Shown here piece after piece: positions 9,316 to 19,565 of a stretch of 64,000 bases of DNA. The position numbers were made by a program, and so were the translations under genes. Source of the stretch: Angustibacter luteus. GTDB lineage: Bacteria > Actinomycetota > Actinomycetes > Actinomycetales > Angustibacteraceae. How positions within the stretch are numbered: position 1 is the first letter of the stretch; every line of letters starts with the position of its first letter. Below the pieces are notes generated by a model. The model did no database searches. It was not told the origin of the DNA and was given only the letters and a program-made list of their open reading frames with translations. Where the stretch lies: assembly GCF_039541115.1 (NCBI RefSeq), contig NZ_BAABFP010000008.1, positions 310,001 through 374,000 on the forward strand, written 5' to 3'.

Positions 9316-9447
9316 CTGACGCCTCCGCCTTCCGAGACCGACCTCGCTCGCGCCTGCATGCTTCCGGTCCACGATCGTAGGTCGCCCGCGCAGCGCGGCG
9401 CTGGACCCTTGTGGGTGGAGCCTGGGCAGATCTCGTGAACGGCCGGC

Positions 9448-9891
9448 TCAGGCCCGGGGTTCGCGAATGACCGCCTCGGCCGCCGTGGCCGTCGCCCCCG
9501 CAGGGACGTCCTTGACGATGACGGCGCCGGCGCCGATCCGCGCACCGTCGCCGATCGTGATCCGGCCGATGATCTTCGCACCGGCGCCGATGTACACGTC
9601 GTCGCCGATCGTCGGCGCGCCGGCCCGGGGGTGCCCAGGGAAGTCGTTCTTGCCGATGGTCACGTGCTGGTAGATCACTGCGCGGCTGCCGATCCGCGCG
9701 TACGGGGCGATGAAGACGCCGGCCGGCTTGTGCGGGAACCTCGGCTCGTCGGCGAACTCCGCCAGCAGCGAGATGTACCCGCCCAGCTGCTCCAGGTACC
9801 GCTTGTAGATGGCCGTCTGCAGGCGGCCCCACGGGGTACGGCGGTTCCGGCCCACGAGCCGGGCGCGGAAGGTCCACAGGCCACCGTTCAT
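9448..9891 (-). CDS. Serine O-acetyltransferase-like hexapeptide-repeat transferase
   Basis: FPH..GVFI, IYQHVTIG, PTIGDDVYIGAGAKIIG...IGAGAVIVKDVP; start placed at ATG 9891. Confidence 0.85.
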   Translation of the reverse strand: MNGGLWTFRARLVGRNRRTPWGRLQTAIYKRYLEQLGGYISLLAEFADEPRFPHKPAGVFIAPYARIGSRAVIYQHVTIGKNDFPGHPRAGAPTIGDDVYIGAGAKIIGRITIGDGARIGAGAVIVKDVPAGATATAAEAVIREPRA

Positions 9892-9970
9892 CCGGACCCA
9901 GGCGGCTAGCAGCACGGCCCGAGCGTAGTGCCTCCCGCTGCTGCCGCAGGCGGGCCAGCCGCAGAAACGC

Positions 9971-10774
9971 TCAGCCCAGGGCCAGGCGCAGCACGACGTA
10001 GGCGACCATCCCGGACGACGCGAGCGGTGCCGCCGACAGGGCGAGCCAGCCGGGGGCGCGTCCGGCCGCCGGGAGCACCGAGAGCAGGCGGTGCAGCACC
10101 AGGGCGACGGCCGCGCAGAGGCCGCCGCAGACGGCCCCAGCGAGGGCGGTGCCGTCGTCCAGCGCGGTGCCCAGCAGGGCACCGACGGCCGCGGCCACCA
10201 CCATCGCGAGCCCCATGATCAACCGCGACGACACCGGCGCCAGCAGCACGAGCAGGGCCACCGCCACGCAGACGGCCCAGGTCAGCACACCCGCCGCGCC
10301 GGCCGGTGCGTCCACCAGGGCGAGCACGGCGCTGACCGAGCCCAGCACGACCACGCCCGCGATGGTGCCGGACACGGACTCGACCAGCCGGGGTCGACCG
10401 TCCCTACGCAGCAGCTGGTGGACGAACTCCGCCACGACCGCACCGGCGAGCGCCAGCGCGAGCCACTCGAGCCGCGGCTCGGCGTCCGCCAGGGCCACCG
10501 ACAGCACGGCGGCGGTGCCAGCCAGCGCCAGCACCGTCGTGGTGCCGCGCGGGGACGGCAGGTCCACCAGAGCCGGCCACCCCCAGGCCAGCAGGCCCAC
10601 GGTGACCAGCGCGGCGACGACCAGCCCCACGGAGCCGGCGTAGGCACCGAGGGCGAGCAGCCCGGCGAGGACGGTGCTCATCCCCGCCGTCCAGTACCGG
10701 ATCGCGCCGGTCGGCGTCGCAGGCAGGCTGGGCACGATGTCGCGCTCGCCGGTGGCGTCGTCGGTGCCGGTCAC
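9971..10774 (-). CDS. Conserved multi-pass membrane protein
   Basis: About 9 hydrophobic segments; LAWGWP.L..LPSPRG and HQLLRRDGRPRLVES; start at 10774 or 10822. Confidence 0.75.
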   Translation of the reverse strand: MTGTDDATGERDIVPSLPATPTGAIRYWTAGMSTVLAGLLALGAYAGSVGLVVAALVTVGLLAWGWPALVDLPSPRGTTTVLALAGTAAVLSVALADAEPRLEWLALALAGAVVAEFVHQLLRRDGRPRLVESVSGTIAGVVVLGSVSAVLALVDAPAGAAGVLTWAVCVAVALLVLLAPVSSRLIMGLAMVVAAAVGALLGTALDDGTALAGAVCGGLCAAVALVLHRLLSVLPAAGRAPGWLALSAAPLASSGMVAYVVLRLALG

Positions 10775-10814
10775 GGCGTCATCCTGCCAGGTCGCCGGGG
10801 GGCGCACGGACGCC

Positions 10815-11054
10815 TCATCCACCGGCGAACGGGGGCAGCACCTCGACGGTCTGCCCGTCCACCAGCGTCCGGTCGTCGCGCACGACCTGGCCGTCCACGA
10901 GCACGGAGCTGCGGCGCACCACCTCGGCCAGCGGCCCGGGCCGCGCGCACAACGCGGCGACGACCTCCCGGACGGACGCCGCGACGAGCCGCTCGTCGTC
11001 CGTGCCCGCGGCGTCCCGGGCGCCCGCCCAATACCGCACCGTCACCTCGGCCAC
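10815..11054 (-). CDS. MoaD/ThiS family sulfur carrier
   Basis: VRYWAGAR start, C-terminal VEVLPPFAGG di-glycine. Confidence 0.93.
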   Translation of the reverse strand: MAEVTVRYWAGARDAAGTDDERLVAASVREVVAALCARPGPLAEVVRRSSVLVDGQVVRDDRTLVDGQTVEVLPPFAGG

Positions 11055-11225
11055 GCCGCCCGCTCCCTCCGTGTCGTGCTCGTTTCGGCCAGCACACGCC
11101 CGTGCTCAACGTCTCACCCCGCGGGACGAGACTCCACCGGCTGGGACGCCGTGCCCTATCCTGAGCCAGTCGGCCATCGTCGCCCGACCCCAAGGGTCGC
11201 GCGGGCGCCGTCAGTCTTACAGCAC

Positions 11226-11261
11226 CACTGCACGATGGCATCAGCACTGCACGATGGCATC
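11226..11261 (+). repeat. Perfect 17-bp direct repeat in the glnR upstream region
   Basis: cactgcacgatggcatc at 11226-11242 and 11245-11261. Confidence 0.9.
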
Positions 11262-11298
11262 GCCGGCCCGATCCGACGCCGGAAGGAGGGCCTGACTC

Positions 11299-12027
11299 GT
11301 GGCGAGACTGCTGCTGCTGACCAACGACCTCGCGCCCAGCGCTGAGGTCGTCCCCGCCCTGGGGCTGCTGGCCCACCAGATCCGCGTGCTGCCCGCCGAG
11401 GCGTCCGCGCTGGTCGAGACCCCGCCCACGGACGCCGTGCTCGTCGACGCCCGCCGCGACCTCGCCCCGGCCCGCTCGCTGTGCCGCCTGATGCGCACCA
11501 CCGGCCTGTCGGTGCCGCTGCTGCTGGTGGTCACCGAGGGCGGCCTGGCGGCCGTGAGCGCCGAGTGGGGCGCGGACGACGTGATCCTGGTCAGCGCCGG
11601 GCCGGCCGAGGTCGAGGCCCGGCTGCGGCTGGCGATCGGGCGGTCCCTGATGGTCGCCGAGACCGACCACGACCTGGCGCCCGAGATCCGCGCCGGCGAC
11701 GTGGTGATCGACGAGACGACGTACTCCGCCAAGGTGCGCGGGCGCTCACTGGACCTGACGTACAAGGAGTTCGAGCTGCTGAAGTACCTCGCGCAGCACC
11801 CGGGCCGGGTCTTCACCCGGGCCCAGCTGCTGCAGGAGGTCTGGGGCTACGACTACTACGGAGGCACCCGGACCGTCGACGTCCACGTGCGCCGGTTGCG
11901 CGCCAAGCTCGGCCCCGAGTTCGAGCAGCAGATCGGCACCGTGCGCAACGTGGGGTACCGGTTCGTCCCCCCGGGCCGCGACGGCGTCGAGTCCCGCGTC
12001 GGGGCCGACGTCCCCTCCCCCGCCTGA
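11299..12027 (+). CDS. glnR: GlnR orphan OmpR-family nitrogen regulator
   Basis: LLLLTN...[11 protein letters not shown]-terminus typical of actinobacterial Gln[39 protein letters not shown]; moaD-glnR-mshD synteny. Confidence 0.92.
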   Translation: MARLLLLTNDLAPSAEVVPALGLLAHQIRVLPAEASALVETPPTDAVLVDARRDLAPARSLCRLMRTTGLSVPLLLVVTEGGLAAVSAEWGADDVILVSAGPAEVEARLRLAIGRSLMVAETDHDLAPEIRAGDVVIDETTYSAKVRGRSLDLTYKEFELLKYLAQHPGRVFTRAQLLQEVWGYDYYGGTRTVDVHVRRLRAKLGPEFEQQIGTVRNVGYRFVPPGRDGVESRVGADVPSPA

Positions 12028-12049
12028 CGCCCCCGCCTGCCCCCCTGCG

Positions 12050-12176
12050 TGACCCCACCCGCACGACACGCTTCCGCCACCCAGTCCGGTTTCCGCCACC
12101 CGAGCCGGTTCCTGGGGAGGAAACCCGGCCCGGGCGGCGGAAAGCGGCCTGAGCGGCGGAAGCGTGGGTGGCGTTA
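12050..12176. mobile_element. Miniature inverted-repeat element (MITE/REPIN-like), non-autonomous relative of 23475-24730
   Basis: Arms 12067-12110 and 12123-12166 are inverted (37/44); left arm 38/42 identical to 23494-23535; 12125-12170 is 44/46 identical to 24675-24720; ends at the TAA of the convergent gene. Confidence 0.7.
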
Positions 12177-14060
12177 CGGGACCTGGGTGATCCGGTCCGT
12201 CTCGATCGGCGCGTACGGCGAGTGCGCCGTCAGGTAGTTCGCGAAGGCGTCGATGTCGAGCCCACCGATCAGCTTGTTCGTGCCGCCCGCGAACGAGGCG
12301 AAGTTGTCCCCGCCGTCGGACAGGAACGAGTTCGCCGCGACGCGGTACGTCGTGCCCATGGCGATCGGTGTCCCGTCCAGCGCGACGCTGCCCGGCACGA
12401 CCTTCGAGCCGGCCGGCGCCGACGCGCTGTAGGAGTACGTGAAGCCCTCGCTGACCTGCAGGATCTTCACGGCCGGGGCGTTCGCGCCCGACCACTGCTG
12501 CTCGAGCAGCGCGTAGATCTGCGCGCCCGTCAGGTCCATCGACACGACGTAGTTGTTGAACGGCTGCACCGTGAACGCGGCGCCGAAGTTCACGTCACCG
12601 TTGGCCAGCGGCACCAGGTCGGCCCGGATGCCACCCGGGTTCATGAACGCGATCTGCGGTGCCACGCCGTTGCTCACGGTCGACGCGTCGTTCTTCTGCG
12701 CGTCGGCGATCAGCCGCCCGAGCGAGGTCTCGACGTCCGCGCCGGTCTTCGGCAGCGTGACGCCACCCGCGACCTGCCCGATGACCTTGCTCTTGATGGG
12801 CGCGACCAGCGTGTTGTACGTGCTGATCAGAGCGGTCTGCGCGGCGTCCTTGGCGACGTCGCGGGTCACGATCATGTTCGAGCCCTCGACCGACGAGCGG
12901 ACGATGTCGTTCTTCTTCAGGTCGTACGTCAGCTCCGTCTCGGTGTACAGCCGACCGAAGGACGACGCGCTCGTGATGAGCCGCTGGTTGCCGTCCGGGT
13001 CAGCCTGGGAGCAGATGTACGGCTGGTGCGTATGGCCCGAGATCACCATGTCGATCTGCGGGTCCAGCCGGCGGGAGATGTCCAGGATCGCGCTGTCCCC
13101 GGTCAGCTGGGCGCCCTTGACGCCGTTCTTGGTCTCCGTGGAGCAGGTCGCGTCGTACGGCGGTGCGACGTTGTAGGTGCCGTGCTCGGCGGTGTACGTG
13201 GTGACCGCGGGCGTGCCGCCCTGGTGCACCAGCACCACGATCGCCTTGACGCCCTTCTTCTTCAGCTCGGGCACCAGCAGGTTGGCGGTGGTCGCCTCGT
13301 CGTCGAAGGTGAGCCCCGCGATGCCGGACTTGGTCACGATCGACGGGGTGTCCTTCAGGGTCATGCCGATGAACGCGACCTTGGCGCCGTCCTTGAACGT
13401 CTTGATCCAGTACGGCGGCAGGATCCGCTTCAGCGTGCCGGTGTAGCGCACGTTGGCCGCCAGGATCGGGTACTTCGCGCCGGTGAACGTGTGCGCGGCG
13501 CAGGAGTTCTGGTTGTTCGCGCCGCCCGGGCCGTCGTCGATGCAGCCGCCCTTGGCGATCCGCTGCAGCTCCTTGTAGCCCTCGTCGAACTCGTGGTTGC
13601 CCACCGAGGTGACGTCCAGGCCGAGGGAGTTCATCGCCTCGACCGTCGGCTCGTCGTGGAAGGCGGCGGACAGCAGCGGCGAGGCGCCGATCAGGTCACC
13701 CGCGGCAACGGTGAGCGAATCCTTGTGCCCCGCGCGAGCCTGCTTGAGGTGGGTGGCCAGGTACTCGACGCCACCGGCCGGGACGTTCGTGGCCGTCGCC
13801 TGGAAGGCGCCGGTCGTCGCGTTCTGCGTCTCCGTGTACCCCGTGGTGATCACCCCGCTCGAGCCCGCCGGCGCCTCCAGGTTGCCGTGGAAGTCGTTGA
13901 ACGAGAGCAGCTGGATCTGGGCCGTGGTGGGCTTGGGCGGCTTCGGTGGCTTGCCGTGACCGCCGGCGAGGGCGGTGGACGGCGACATCGTGACGGCGAG
14001 CGCGGCGGCCGAGGTGACGGCCAGGGCCTGCGCGAGCCGCAGGTGGCGACGCGATGACAT
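12174..14060 (-). CDS. Secreted bifunctional metallophosphatase/5'-nucleotidase
   Basis: Signal peptide (RRHL..., possibly Tat); FNDFHG, AGDLIG, GNHEFD, VHQG, GHTH, NPGGIR, QPF motifs. Confidence 0.93.
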   Translation of the reverse strand: MSSRRHLRLAQALAVTSAAALAVTMSPSTALAGGHGKPPKPPKPTTAQIQLLSFNDFHGNLEAPAGSSGVITTGYTETQNATTGAFQATATNVPAGGVEYLATHLKQARAGHKDSLTVAAGDLIGASPLLSAAFHDEPTVEAMNSLGLDVTSVGNHEFDEGYKELQRIAKGGCIDDGPGGANNQNSCAAHTFTGAKYPILAANVRYTGTLKRILPPYWIKTFKDGAKVAFIGMTLKDTPSIVTKSGIAGLTFDDEATTANLLVPELKKKGVKAIVVLVHQGGTPAVTTYTAEHGTYNVAPPYDATCSTETKNGVKGAQLTGDSAILDISRRLDPQIDMVISGHTHQPYICSQADPDGNQRLITSASSFGRLYTETELTYDLKKNDIVRSSVEGSNMIVTRDVAKDAAQTALISTYNTLVAPIKSKVIGQVAGGVTLPKTGADVETSLGRLIADAQKNDASTVSNGVAPQIAFMNPGGIRADLVPLANGDVNFGAAFTVQPFNNYVVSMDLTGAQIYALLEQQWSGANAPAVKILQVSEGFTYSYSASAPAGSKVVPGSVALDGTPIAMGTTYRVAANSFLSDGGDNFASFAGGTNKLIGGLDIDAFANYLTAHSPYAPIETDRITQVP

Positions 14061-14231
14061 GACACTCCCTGAGTGGATCGGATCGTCGGACGGGGTGGAT
14101 CCTCCAACTTGTCCGGCACCGTAACGTCAGTCGGGAACGTCCGACAGACGGCAGATGTCACGAAAGCAGTACGTCGGGTGGCCAACAGGTGCCAATCGGC
14201 ACCCGGACGGGTCGCGCCCTAGGCTCAGCCC

Positions 14232-15260
14232 GTGCCGACCGACCCGCCCACCGACCCGCCGACCGACTTGCCCAGCGACCCGACGTCCGAGTTCGACGTC
14301 CGTCTCGAGGTGCTCGAGAGGCTCGCCCCCGACGACCTGTCGGCGGTCACCGCACTGGTCGCCGCCGCGACCGAGGCCGACGGCCTGCACCCGCTCAGCG
14401 AGCACGTCATGCTGCACCTGCCGTCGACGGCGCCCGGCGCGGACCGGCACCTGCTGGTCTTCGCGACCCCGGCCGAGGGGGGCGCCGAGCGGCTGGCCGG
14501 CTACGGGCACCTCGACCCCACCGACGCGGTGGACGGCGCGAGCGCCGAGGTGGTCGTGCACCCCGACCTGCGCGGGCACGGCGTCGGCCGGCTGATGGTG
14601 GGCCACCTGCAGGAGCTGTCCCCGGACGGCCGGCTGCGGCTGTGGGCGCACGGGCAGCAGGCCGGGGCGCGGGCGCTGGCCGAGTCGCTCGGCTACGTGT
14701 CCGTGCGCAAGCTCTGGCAGATGCGCCGCTCGCTGCGCCAGGACGTCCCCGCCCTCGACCCGCCGCCCGGCTACACGCTGCGCGCGTTCCGGCCCGGCGC
14801 GGACGACGAGGCCTGGCTGGCGGTCAACGCCGCGGCCTTCGCGCACCACCCCGAGCAGGGCCGGTGGACGGCGCAGGACCTGGCCTTCCGGATGGCCGAG
14901 GACTGGTTCGACCCCGCCGGCTTCCTGCTGCTGGACGGCCCGGACGGCGACCTGGCGGGCTTCCACTGGACGAAGGTGCACGGGTCCGACCCGGCGGCCC
15001 GGCACGGCCACGATCGGATCGGCGAGGTGTACGTCGTCGGGGTGTCGCCCGCGCACCAGGGGCACGGGCTGGGCGCGGTGCTGACCGTCGCCGGGCTGCG
15101 CCACCTGCGCTCCCAGGGGCTGACCCAGGTGATGCTGTACGTCGACGGGGACAACGAGGCCGCCGTGCGCACCTACTCGCGCCTGGGGTTCACCCGCGCG
15201 GCCGTCGACGTCCAGTACTCGCGGCCGCTGCCGTCCGCCGCGCTCACCGACCAGCCCTGA
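14232..15260 (+). CDS. mshD: Mycothiol synthase (tandem GNAT)
   Basis: [46 protein letters not shown] motifs. Confidence 0.95.
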   Translation: MPTDPPTDPPTDLPSDPTSEFDVRLEVLERLAPDDLSAVTALVAAATEADGLHPLSEHVMLHLPSTAPGADRHLLVFATPAEGGAERLAGYGHLDPTDAVDGASAEVVVHPDLRGHGVGRLMVGHLQELSPDGRLRLWAHGQQAGARALAESLGYVSVRKLWQMRRSLRQDVPALDPPPGYTLRAFRPGADDEAWLAVNAAAFAHHPEQGRWTAQDLAFRMAEDWFDPAGFLLLDGPDGDLAGFHWTKVHGSDPAARHGHDRIGEVYVVGVSPAHQGHGLGAVLTVAGLRHLRSQGLTQVMLYVDGDNEAAVRTYSRLGFTRAAVDVQYSRPLPSAALTDQP

Positions 15261-15299
15261 CCCGGTTGCTGACCGCCCGTCGGACGCGCGCTACCCACC

Positions 15300-15321
15300 G
15301 TTCACGAAGCGGTGGCACGAT
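15300..15321 (+). promoter_or_regulatory. Possible PHO half-site and -10 upstream of a leaderless ppk1
   Basis: GTTCAC at 15300; CACGAT at 15316-15321, 6 nt before ATG 15328; no obvious RBS. Confidence 0.4.
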
Positions 15322-15327
15322 CAGGGC

Positions 15328-17508
15328 ATGACCGTCGCGATCGAGCCCGCCGGCCGGCAGCAGCCCGCCGAGCAGGACCCCGAGCGTTTCCTGGACCGGG
15401 AGACCAGCTGGCTGCAGTTCAACGAGCGCGTGCTGCAGCTCGCCGAGGACCCGACGCTCCCGCTGCTCGAGCGCGCCCGCTTCCTGGCCATCTTCGCCAG
15501 CAACCTGGACGAGTTCTTCATGGTCCGGGTGGCCGGCCTCAAGCGTCGCATCGCCACCGGCATCGCGGTCCGCTCGGCCGCCGGCCTCGAGCCGCGCGAG
15601 GTGCTGGAGCAGATCAGCTCGCTCGCCCAGGAGCTCATGCAGCGGCACGCCCGGGTGTTCCAGGACGACGTCCGCCCGGCGCTGGCCAGCGAGGGCATCA
15701 CCGTCGTGCGCTGGGACGAGCTGAGCACCCTCGAGCAGGAGCGCCTGCAGGAGATGTTCCGCGAGCAGATCTTCCCGGTGCTGACGCCGCTGGCCGTCGA
15801 CCCGGCGCACCCGTTCCCCTACATCTCCGGGCTGTCGCTGAACCTGGCGGTGGTGGTCCGCAACACCAAGACGTTCAAGGAGCACTTCGCGCGGGTCAAG
15901 GTGCCGCCGCTGCTCCCCCGGTTCATCGCCGTCGAGGACGTCGGCGGCTCGGCCGCCGGGGTCGAGCCCGCCCTCGCCGACCCGTACAAGTCTCGGTTCG
16001 TGCCGCTCGAGGACATCATCGCCGCGCACCTGGACCAGCTGTTCCCGGGCATGGACGTGATGACCCACCACAGCTTCCGGGTCACCCGCAACGAGGACCT
16101 CGAGGTCGAGGAGGACGACGCCGAGAACCTGCTGCAGGCACTCGAGAAGGAGCTCATGCGTCGCCGGTTCGGGCCGCCGGTGCGGTTGGAGGTGGACGAC
16201 GACGTCGACGACCACGTGATGGACCTGCTGGTCCGCGAGCTCGGGGTCTCCGCGAGCGAGGTCTACCGCCTGCCCGCCCCGCTGGACCTGACCGGCCTGA
16301 ACCTGGTCGCCGACCTGGCCCGCAGCGAGCTGCGCTACCCCTCGTTCGTGGCCGGCACGCACCGGGACCTCACCGAGGGCATCGAGACCAGCAAGCCGGG
16401 CGACATCCTGGCCGCGATGCGGATGCACGACGTGCTGCTGCACCACCCGTACGACTCGTTCTCGACGTCGGTGCAGGCGTTCCTGGAGCAGGCCGCCGCC
16501 GATCCGCGGGTGCTGGCCATCAAGCAGACGCTCTACCGCACCAGCGGTGACTCGCCCATCGTGGACGCGTTGATCGACGCGGCCGAGGCGGGCAAGCAGG
16601 TGCTGGCGATCGTCGAGATCAAGGCGCGCTTCGACGAGCAGGCGAACATCAGCTGGGCGCGCAAGCTCGAGCAGGCCGGCGTGCACGTCGTCTACGGCAT
16701 CGTCGGGCTCAAGACGCACGCCAAGCTGGCACTCGTCGTCCGGCAGGAGGCCGACGGGCTACGTCGCTACTGCCACATCGGAACCGGCAACTACAACCCG
16801 AAGACCGCGCGCCTGTACGAGGACCTCGGCCTGCTCACCACCGACCCGAAGGTCGGCGAGGACCTGACTCGGCTGTTCAACCAGCTGTCCGGCTACGCGC
16901 CGCGCACCCGGTTCAAGCGGCTGCTGGTCGCGCCGCGGTCGTTGCGCAGCGGGCTGATCGAGCAGATCGACAACGAGATCGCGCACGCCGACGCCGGGCA
17001 CCCCGCGTCCATCGCCCTGAAGATGAACTCGATCGTGGACGAGTCCATCATCGACGCGCTGTACCGGGCCTCCGGTGCGGGCGTGTCCGTCGACGTCCTG
17101 GTGCGCGGCATCTGCGCGATCCGGCCGGGCGTGCCCGGCCTGAGCGAGAACATCCGGGTGCGCAGCGTGCTGGGCCGGTTCCTGGAGCACTCGCGGGTCT
17201 TCATGTTCGGCCCGGCCGACCGCGAGCCGACCGAGACGGCCTGCTGGATCGGCAGCGCGGACATGATGCACCGCAACCTGGACCGGCGCGTCGAGGCGCT
17301 GGTCCGCCTGGAGAACCCGGTGCACGTGGCCGAGCTGCGCACCCTGCTCGACACCGCCATGAGCGACGAGACGTCGTCCTTCCACCTCGGCGCGGACGGC
17401 GGGTGGACCAGGCGCCACCTGGACGAGCACGGGGTGGCGTTGCAGGACCTGCAGACCGTCGTGGCGGAGCGGCTCGGCCGGCAGCGGCGCAAGGCCCGCC
17501 GGCACTAG
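15328..17508 (+). CDS. ppk1: Polyphosphate kinase 1
   Basis: [50 protein letters not shown] motifs. Confidence 0.97.
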   Translation: MTVAIEPAGRQQPAEQDPERFLDRETSWLQFNERVLQLAEDPTLPLLERARFLAIFASNLDEFFMVRVAGLKRRIATGIAVRSAAGLEPREVLEQISSLAQELMQRHARVFQDDVRPALASEGITVVRWDELSTLEQERLQEMFREQIFPVLTPLAVDPAHPFPYISGLSLNLAVVVRNTKTFKEHFARVKVPPLLPRFIAVEDVGGSAAGVEPALADPYKSRFVPLEDIIAAHLDQLFPGMDVMTHHSFRVTRNEDLEVEEDDAENLLQALEKELMRRRFGPPVRLEVDDDVDDHVMDLLVRELGVSASEVYRLPAPLDLTGLNLVADLARSELRYPSFVAGTHRDLTEGIETSKPGDILAAMRMHDVLLHHPYDSFSTSVQAFLEQAAADPRVLAIKQTLYRTSGDSPIVDALIDAAEAGKQVLAIVEIKARFDEQANISWARKLEQAGVHVVYGIVGLKTHAKLALVVRQEADGLRRYCHIGTGNYNPKTARLYEDLGLLTTDPKVGEDLTRLFNQLSGYAPRTRFKRLLVAPRSLRSGLIEQIDNEIAHADAGHPASIALKMNSIVDESIIDALYRASGAGVSVDVLVRGICAIRPGVPGLSENIRVRSVLGRFLEHSRVFMFGPADREPTETACWIGSADMMHRNLDRRVEALVRLENPVHVAELRTLLDTAMSDETSSFHLGADGGWTRRHLDEHGVALQDLQTVVAERLGRQRRKARRH

Positions 17509-17543
17509 TGCGGCCGACGGCCGGCCCCTCGACGCCGAAGTCC

Positions 17544-18302
17544 CTACTGCCCCATGGCGTGCACGCCGCCGTCGACGTGCACGATCTCGCCCGTGGTGGC
17601 CGGGAACCAGTCGGACAGCAGCGCCACGCAGGCCTGAGCGGCCGGTACCGGGTCGTTGACGTCCCAGCCCAGCGGCGCCCGCGCACCCCAGGTGTCCTCG
17701 AACGCCTGGAAGCCCGGGATGGACTTGGCGGCAGTGGTCCGGATCGGGCCGGCGCTGACCAGGTTGGCGCGCACGCCCAGCGGCCCGAGATCCCTGGCGC
17801 AGTAGCGGTTCACCGCCTCGAAGGCGGCCTTGGACACGCCCATCCAGTCGTAGACCGGCCAGGCGTAGGAGCCGTCGAACGTCAGCCCCACGATGGACGA
17901 CCCACGCTGCAGCAGCGGCTGCGTCGCGACCGCCAGCGCCTTGAGCGAGTACGCCGAGGTGTGCAGCGCGGTCGCGACGTCGTCCCAGCCGGCCTCGAGG
18001 AAGTTGAACGCCCCGGCCGGCGCGAAACCGATCGAGTGCACCACGCCGTTCAGCCGGTCGGTGTGCTCGCCGACCCGCTCGGCCAGCGACGCCAGGTGGT
18101 CGGTGTCGGTGACGTCGAGCTCGAGCACCGGCGCGGCCGCGGGCAGCCGGCGAGCGATCACCTGGGTGATCTTCATCGTGCGGCCGAACGAGGTGAGCAC
18201 GACCTCCGCGCCCTGCTCCTGGGCCAGGCGGGCCACGTGGAACGCGATCGAGGAGTCGGTCAGCACTCCGGTCACGAGCAGCTTCTTGCCCTCGAGCAGC
18301 AT
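17544..18302 (-). CDS. fabI: Enoyl-ACP reductase (FabI/InhA)
   Basis: LLEGKKLLVTGV..DSSIAF, HSIGFAP, YDWMGVSKAA, AGPIRT, VHVDGG; start at ATG 18302. Confidence 0.92.
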   Translation of the reverse strand: MLLEGKKLLVTGVLTDSSIAFHVARLAQEQGAEVVLTSFGRTMKITQVIARRLPAAAPVLELDVTDTDHLASLAERVGEHTDRLNGVVHSIGFAPAGAFNFLEAGWDDVATALHTSAYSLKALAVATQPLLQRGSSIVGLTFDGSYAWPVYDWMGVSKAAFEAVNRYCARDLGPLGVRANLVSAGPIRTTAAKSIPGFQAFEDTWGARAPLGWDVNDPVPAAQACVALLSDWFPATTGEIVHVDGGVHAMGQ

Positions 18303-18418
18303 GCGACGTCCTCTCCCTGGGGTGGTCGTACCGGTCCGCTTTGCGGACAGGTTGTGGAGCATACCGAGCACCGGTGCCACCATCGGTCCATGAGGCCGAC
18401 CACGCCCCGAGGCTGCCG

Positions 18419-19390
18419 GTGACCGCGCAGGTGGTCGCCCTGCCCGCACCGGTGGACGACGGCACCGTGCGGGCCGCCGGTGCGCTGCTCTGGCGCGGGC
18501 GCGGCAAGGGGCTCGAGGTCGCCGTCGTGCACCGGCCCAAGTACGACGACTGGTCGTGGCCGAAGGGGAAGCTGGACCCGGGTGAGTCCTGGGCGGAGGC
18601 CGCGGTCCGCGAGGTGCTGGAGGAGACCGGCCTGCACGCCCGCCTGGGCATCCCCCTGCCGCTGGCCCGGTACGAGGTCGGCACCAGCCGCCCCTACCGG
18701 CGCAAGGTCGTGCAGTACTGGGCCGCGCAGGTGGTGGCCAGCGGCGGGCACCTGACCGACGAGGTGGACGAGGTGCGCTGGCTACCCGCCGACCAGGCCC
18801 GCGGTCGCCTGCACTACCGGCGCGACCAGGTGCAGCTCGACGCGCTGATCGAGGCCGACGCCCATGGCACCATCGACGCCCGGCCGCTGCTCGTCGTCCG
18901 GCACGCGAGCAGCGTGTCGCGTCGTCGGTGGAAGCAGGACGACGTCCAGCGCCCGCTCGACGAGGCTGGTCGCGAGCGCGCGAGCGAGCTGATCCCGTTG
19001 CTGTCCGCCTACCAGGTGCAACGGCTGGTGACCTCGGACGCCGAGCGCTGCGCGGCGACGCTGGCGCCGTACGCGCGGGCGACCGGTGGCCGGCTACGCG
19101 GCCGGCACGCTCTCAGCGAGGAAGGGTTCGCCGCCGACGCCGGGGGCGCCGTGAGGGTCGTGGCCAAGCTGCTGGCCAAGGGTGAGCCGGCCGCGCTGTG
19201 CACGCACCGCCCGGTGCTGCCGACCGTGCTCGGGGCCCTCGCGGAGCGGTCGGCGTCCGAGCGGGTGGCCGCCGCGCTGCGCGAGTCCGCGGGCCCCGGC
19301 CTGGTCAAGGGTGAGGTCCTGGTGGCACACGTGAGCGGTCAGGGCGAGGACGCCCGGGTCGTCGCCGTGGAACGGCACGACACGTACTGA
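18419..19390 (+). CDS. mutT1: MutT1-like NUDIX hydrolase + histidine phosphatase domain
   Basis: HRPKYDDWSWPKGK and AAVREVLEETG Nudix box; VRHA, RPLD, RC and CTH phosphatase motifs. Confidence 0.88.
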   Translation: MTAQVVALPAPVDDGTVRAAGALLWRGRGKGLEVAVVHRPKYDDWSWPKGKLDPGESWAEAAVREVLEETGLHARLGIPLPLARYEVGTSRPYRRKVVQYWAAQVVASGGHLTDEVDEVRWLPADQARGRLHYRRDQVQLDALIEADAHGTIDARPLLVVRHASSVSRRRWKQDDVQRPLDEAGRERASELIPLLSAYQVQRLVTSDAERCAATLAPYARATGGRLRGRHALSEEGFAADAGGAVRVVAKLLAKGEPAALCTHRPVLPTVLGALAERSASERVAAALRESAGPGLVKGEVLVAHVSGQGEDARVVAVERHDTY

Positions 19391-19398
19391 CTCAGCTC

Positions 19399-19508
19399 GT
19401 TCACCTGGCGCTCGCCGCAGGGCCCGGTGCCGGACGACGACCCGCCCGCAGGCGTTCACCCCCCGTTCACCTGGGTCCGGCCATCGCTTCACTCAGCCTG
19501 CTTAGCGT
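19399..19508 (+). promoter_or_regulatory. PHO-box array (PhoP/RegX3 type) and -10 of the pst operon
   Basis: GTTCAC at 19399, 19454 and 19465, CTTCAC at 19487, all in an 11-nt register; TAGCGT at 19503. Confidence 0.8.
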
Positions 19509-19565
19509 CCGTAGCGACGCGGCGCCCTGCCACGTCGCGACCTCACACGAAAGACGGACGACACT

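Noticed and set aside
12067..12166. CRISPR interpretation of the ~20-bp repeated units here and at 23.5/24.7 kb
   Set aside because: The units are adjacent or inverted, have no unique spacers, and no cas genes are present.
14061..14231. GlnR box between the nucleotidase and mshD
   Set aside because: GTAAC and GTCAC half-sites are present but lack a correctly spaced GAAAC-type partner.
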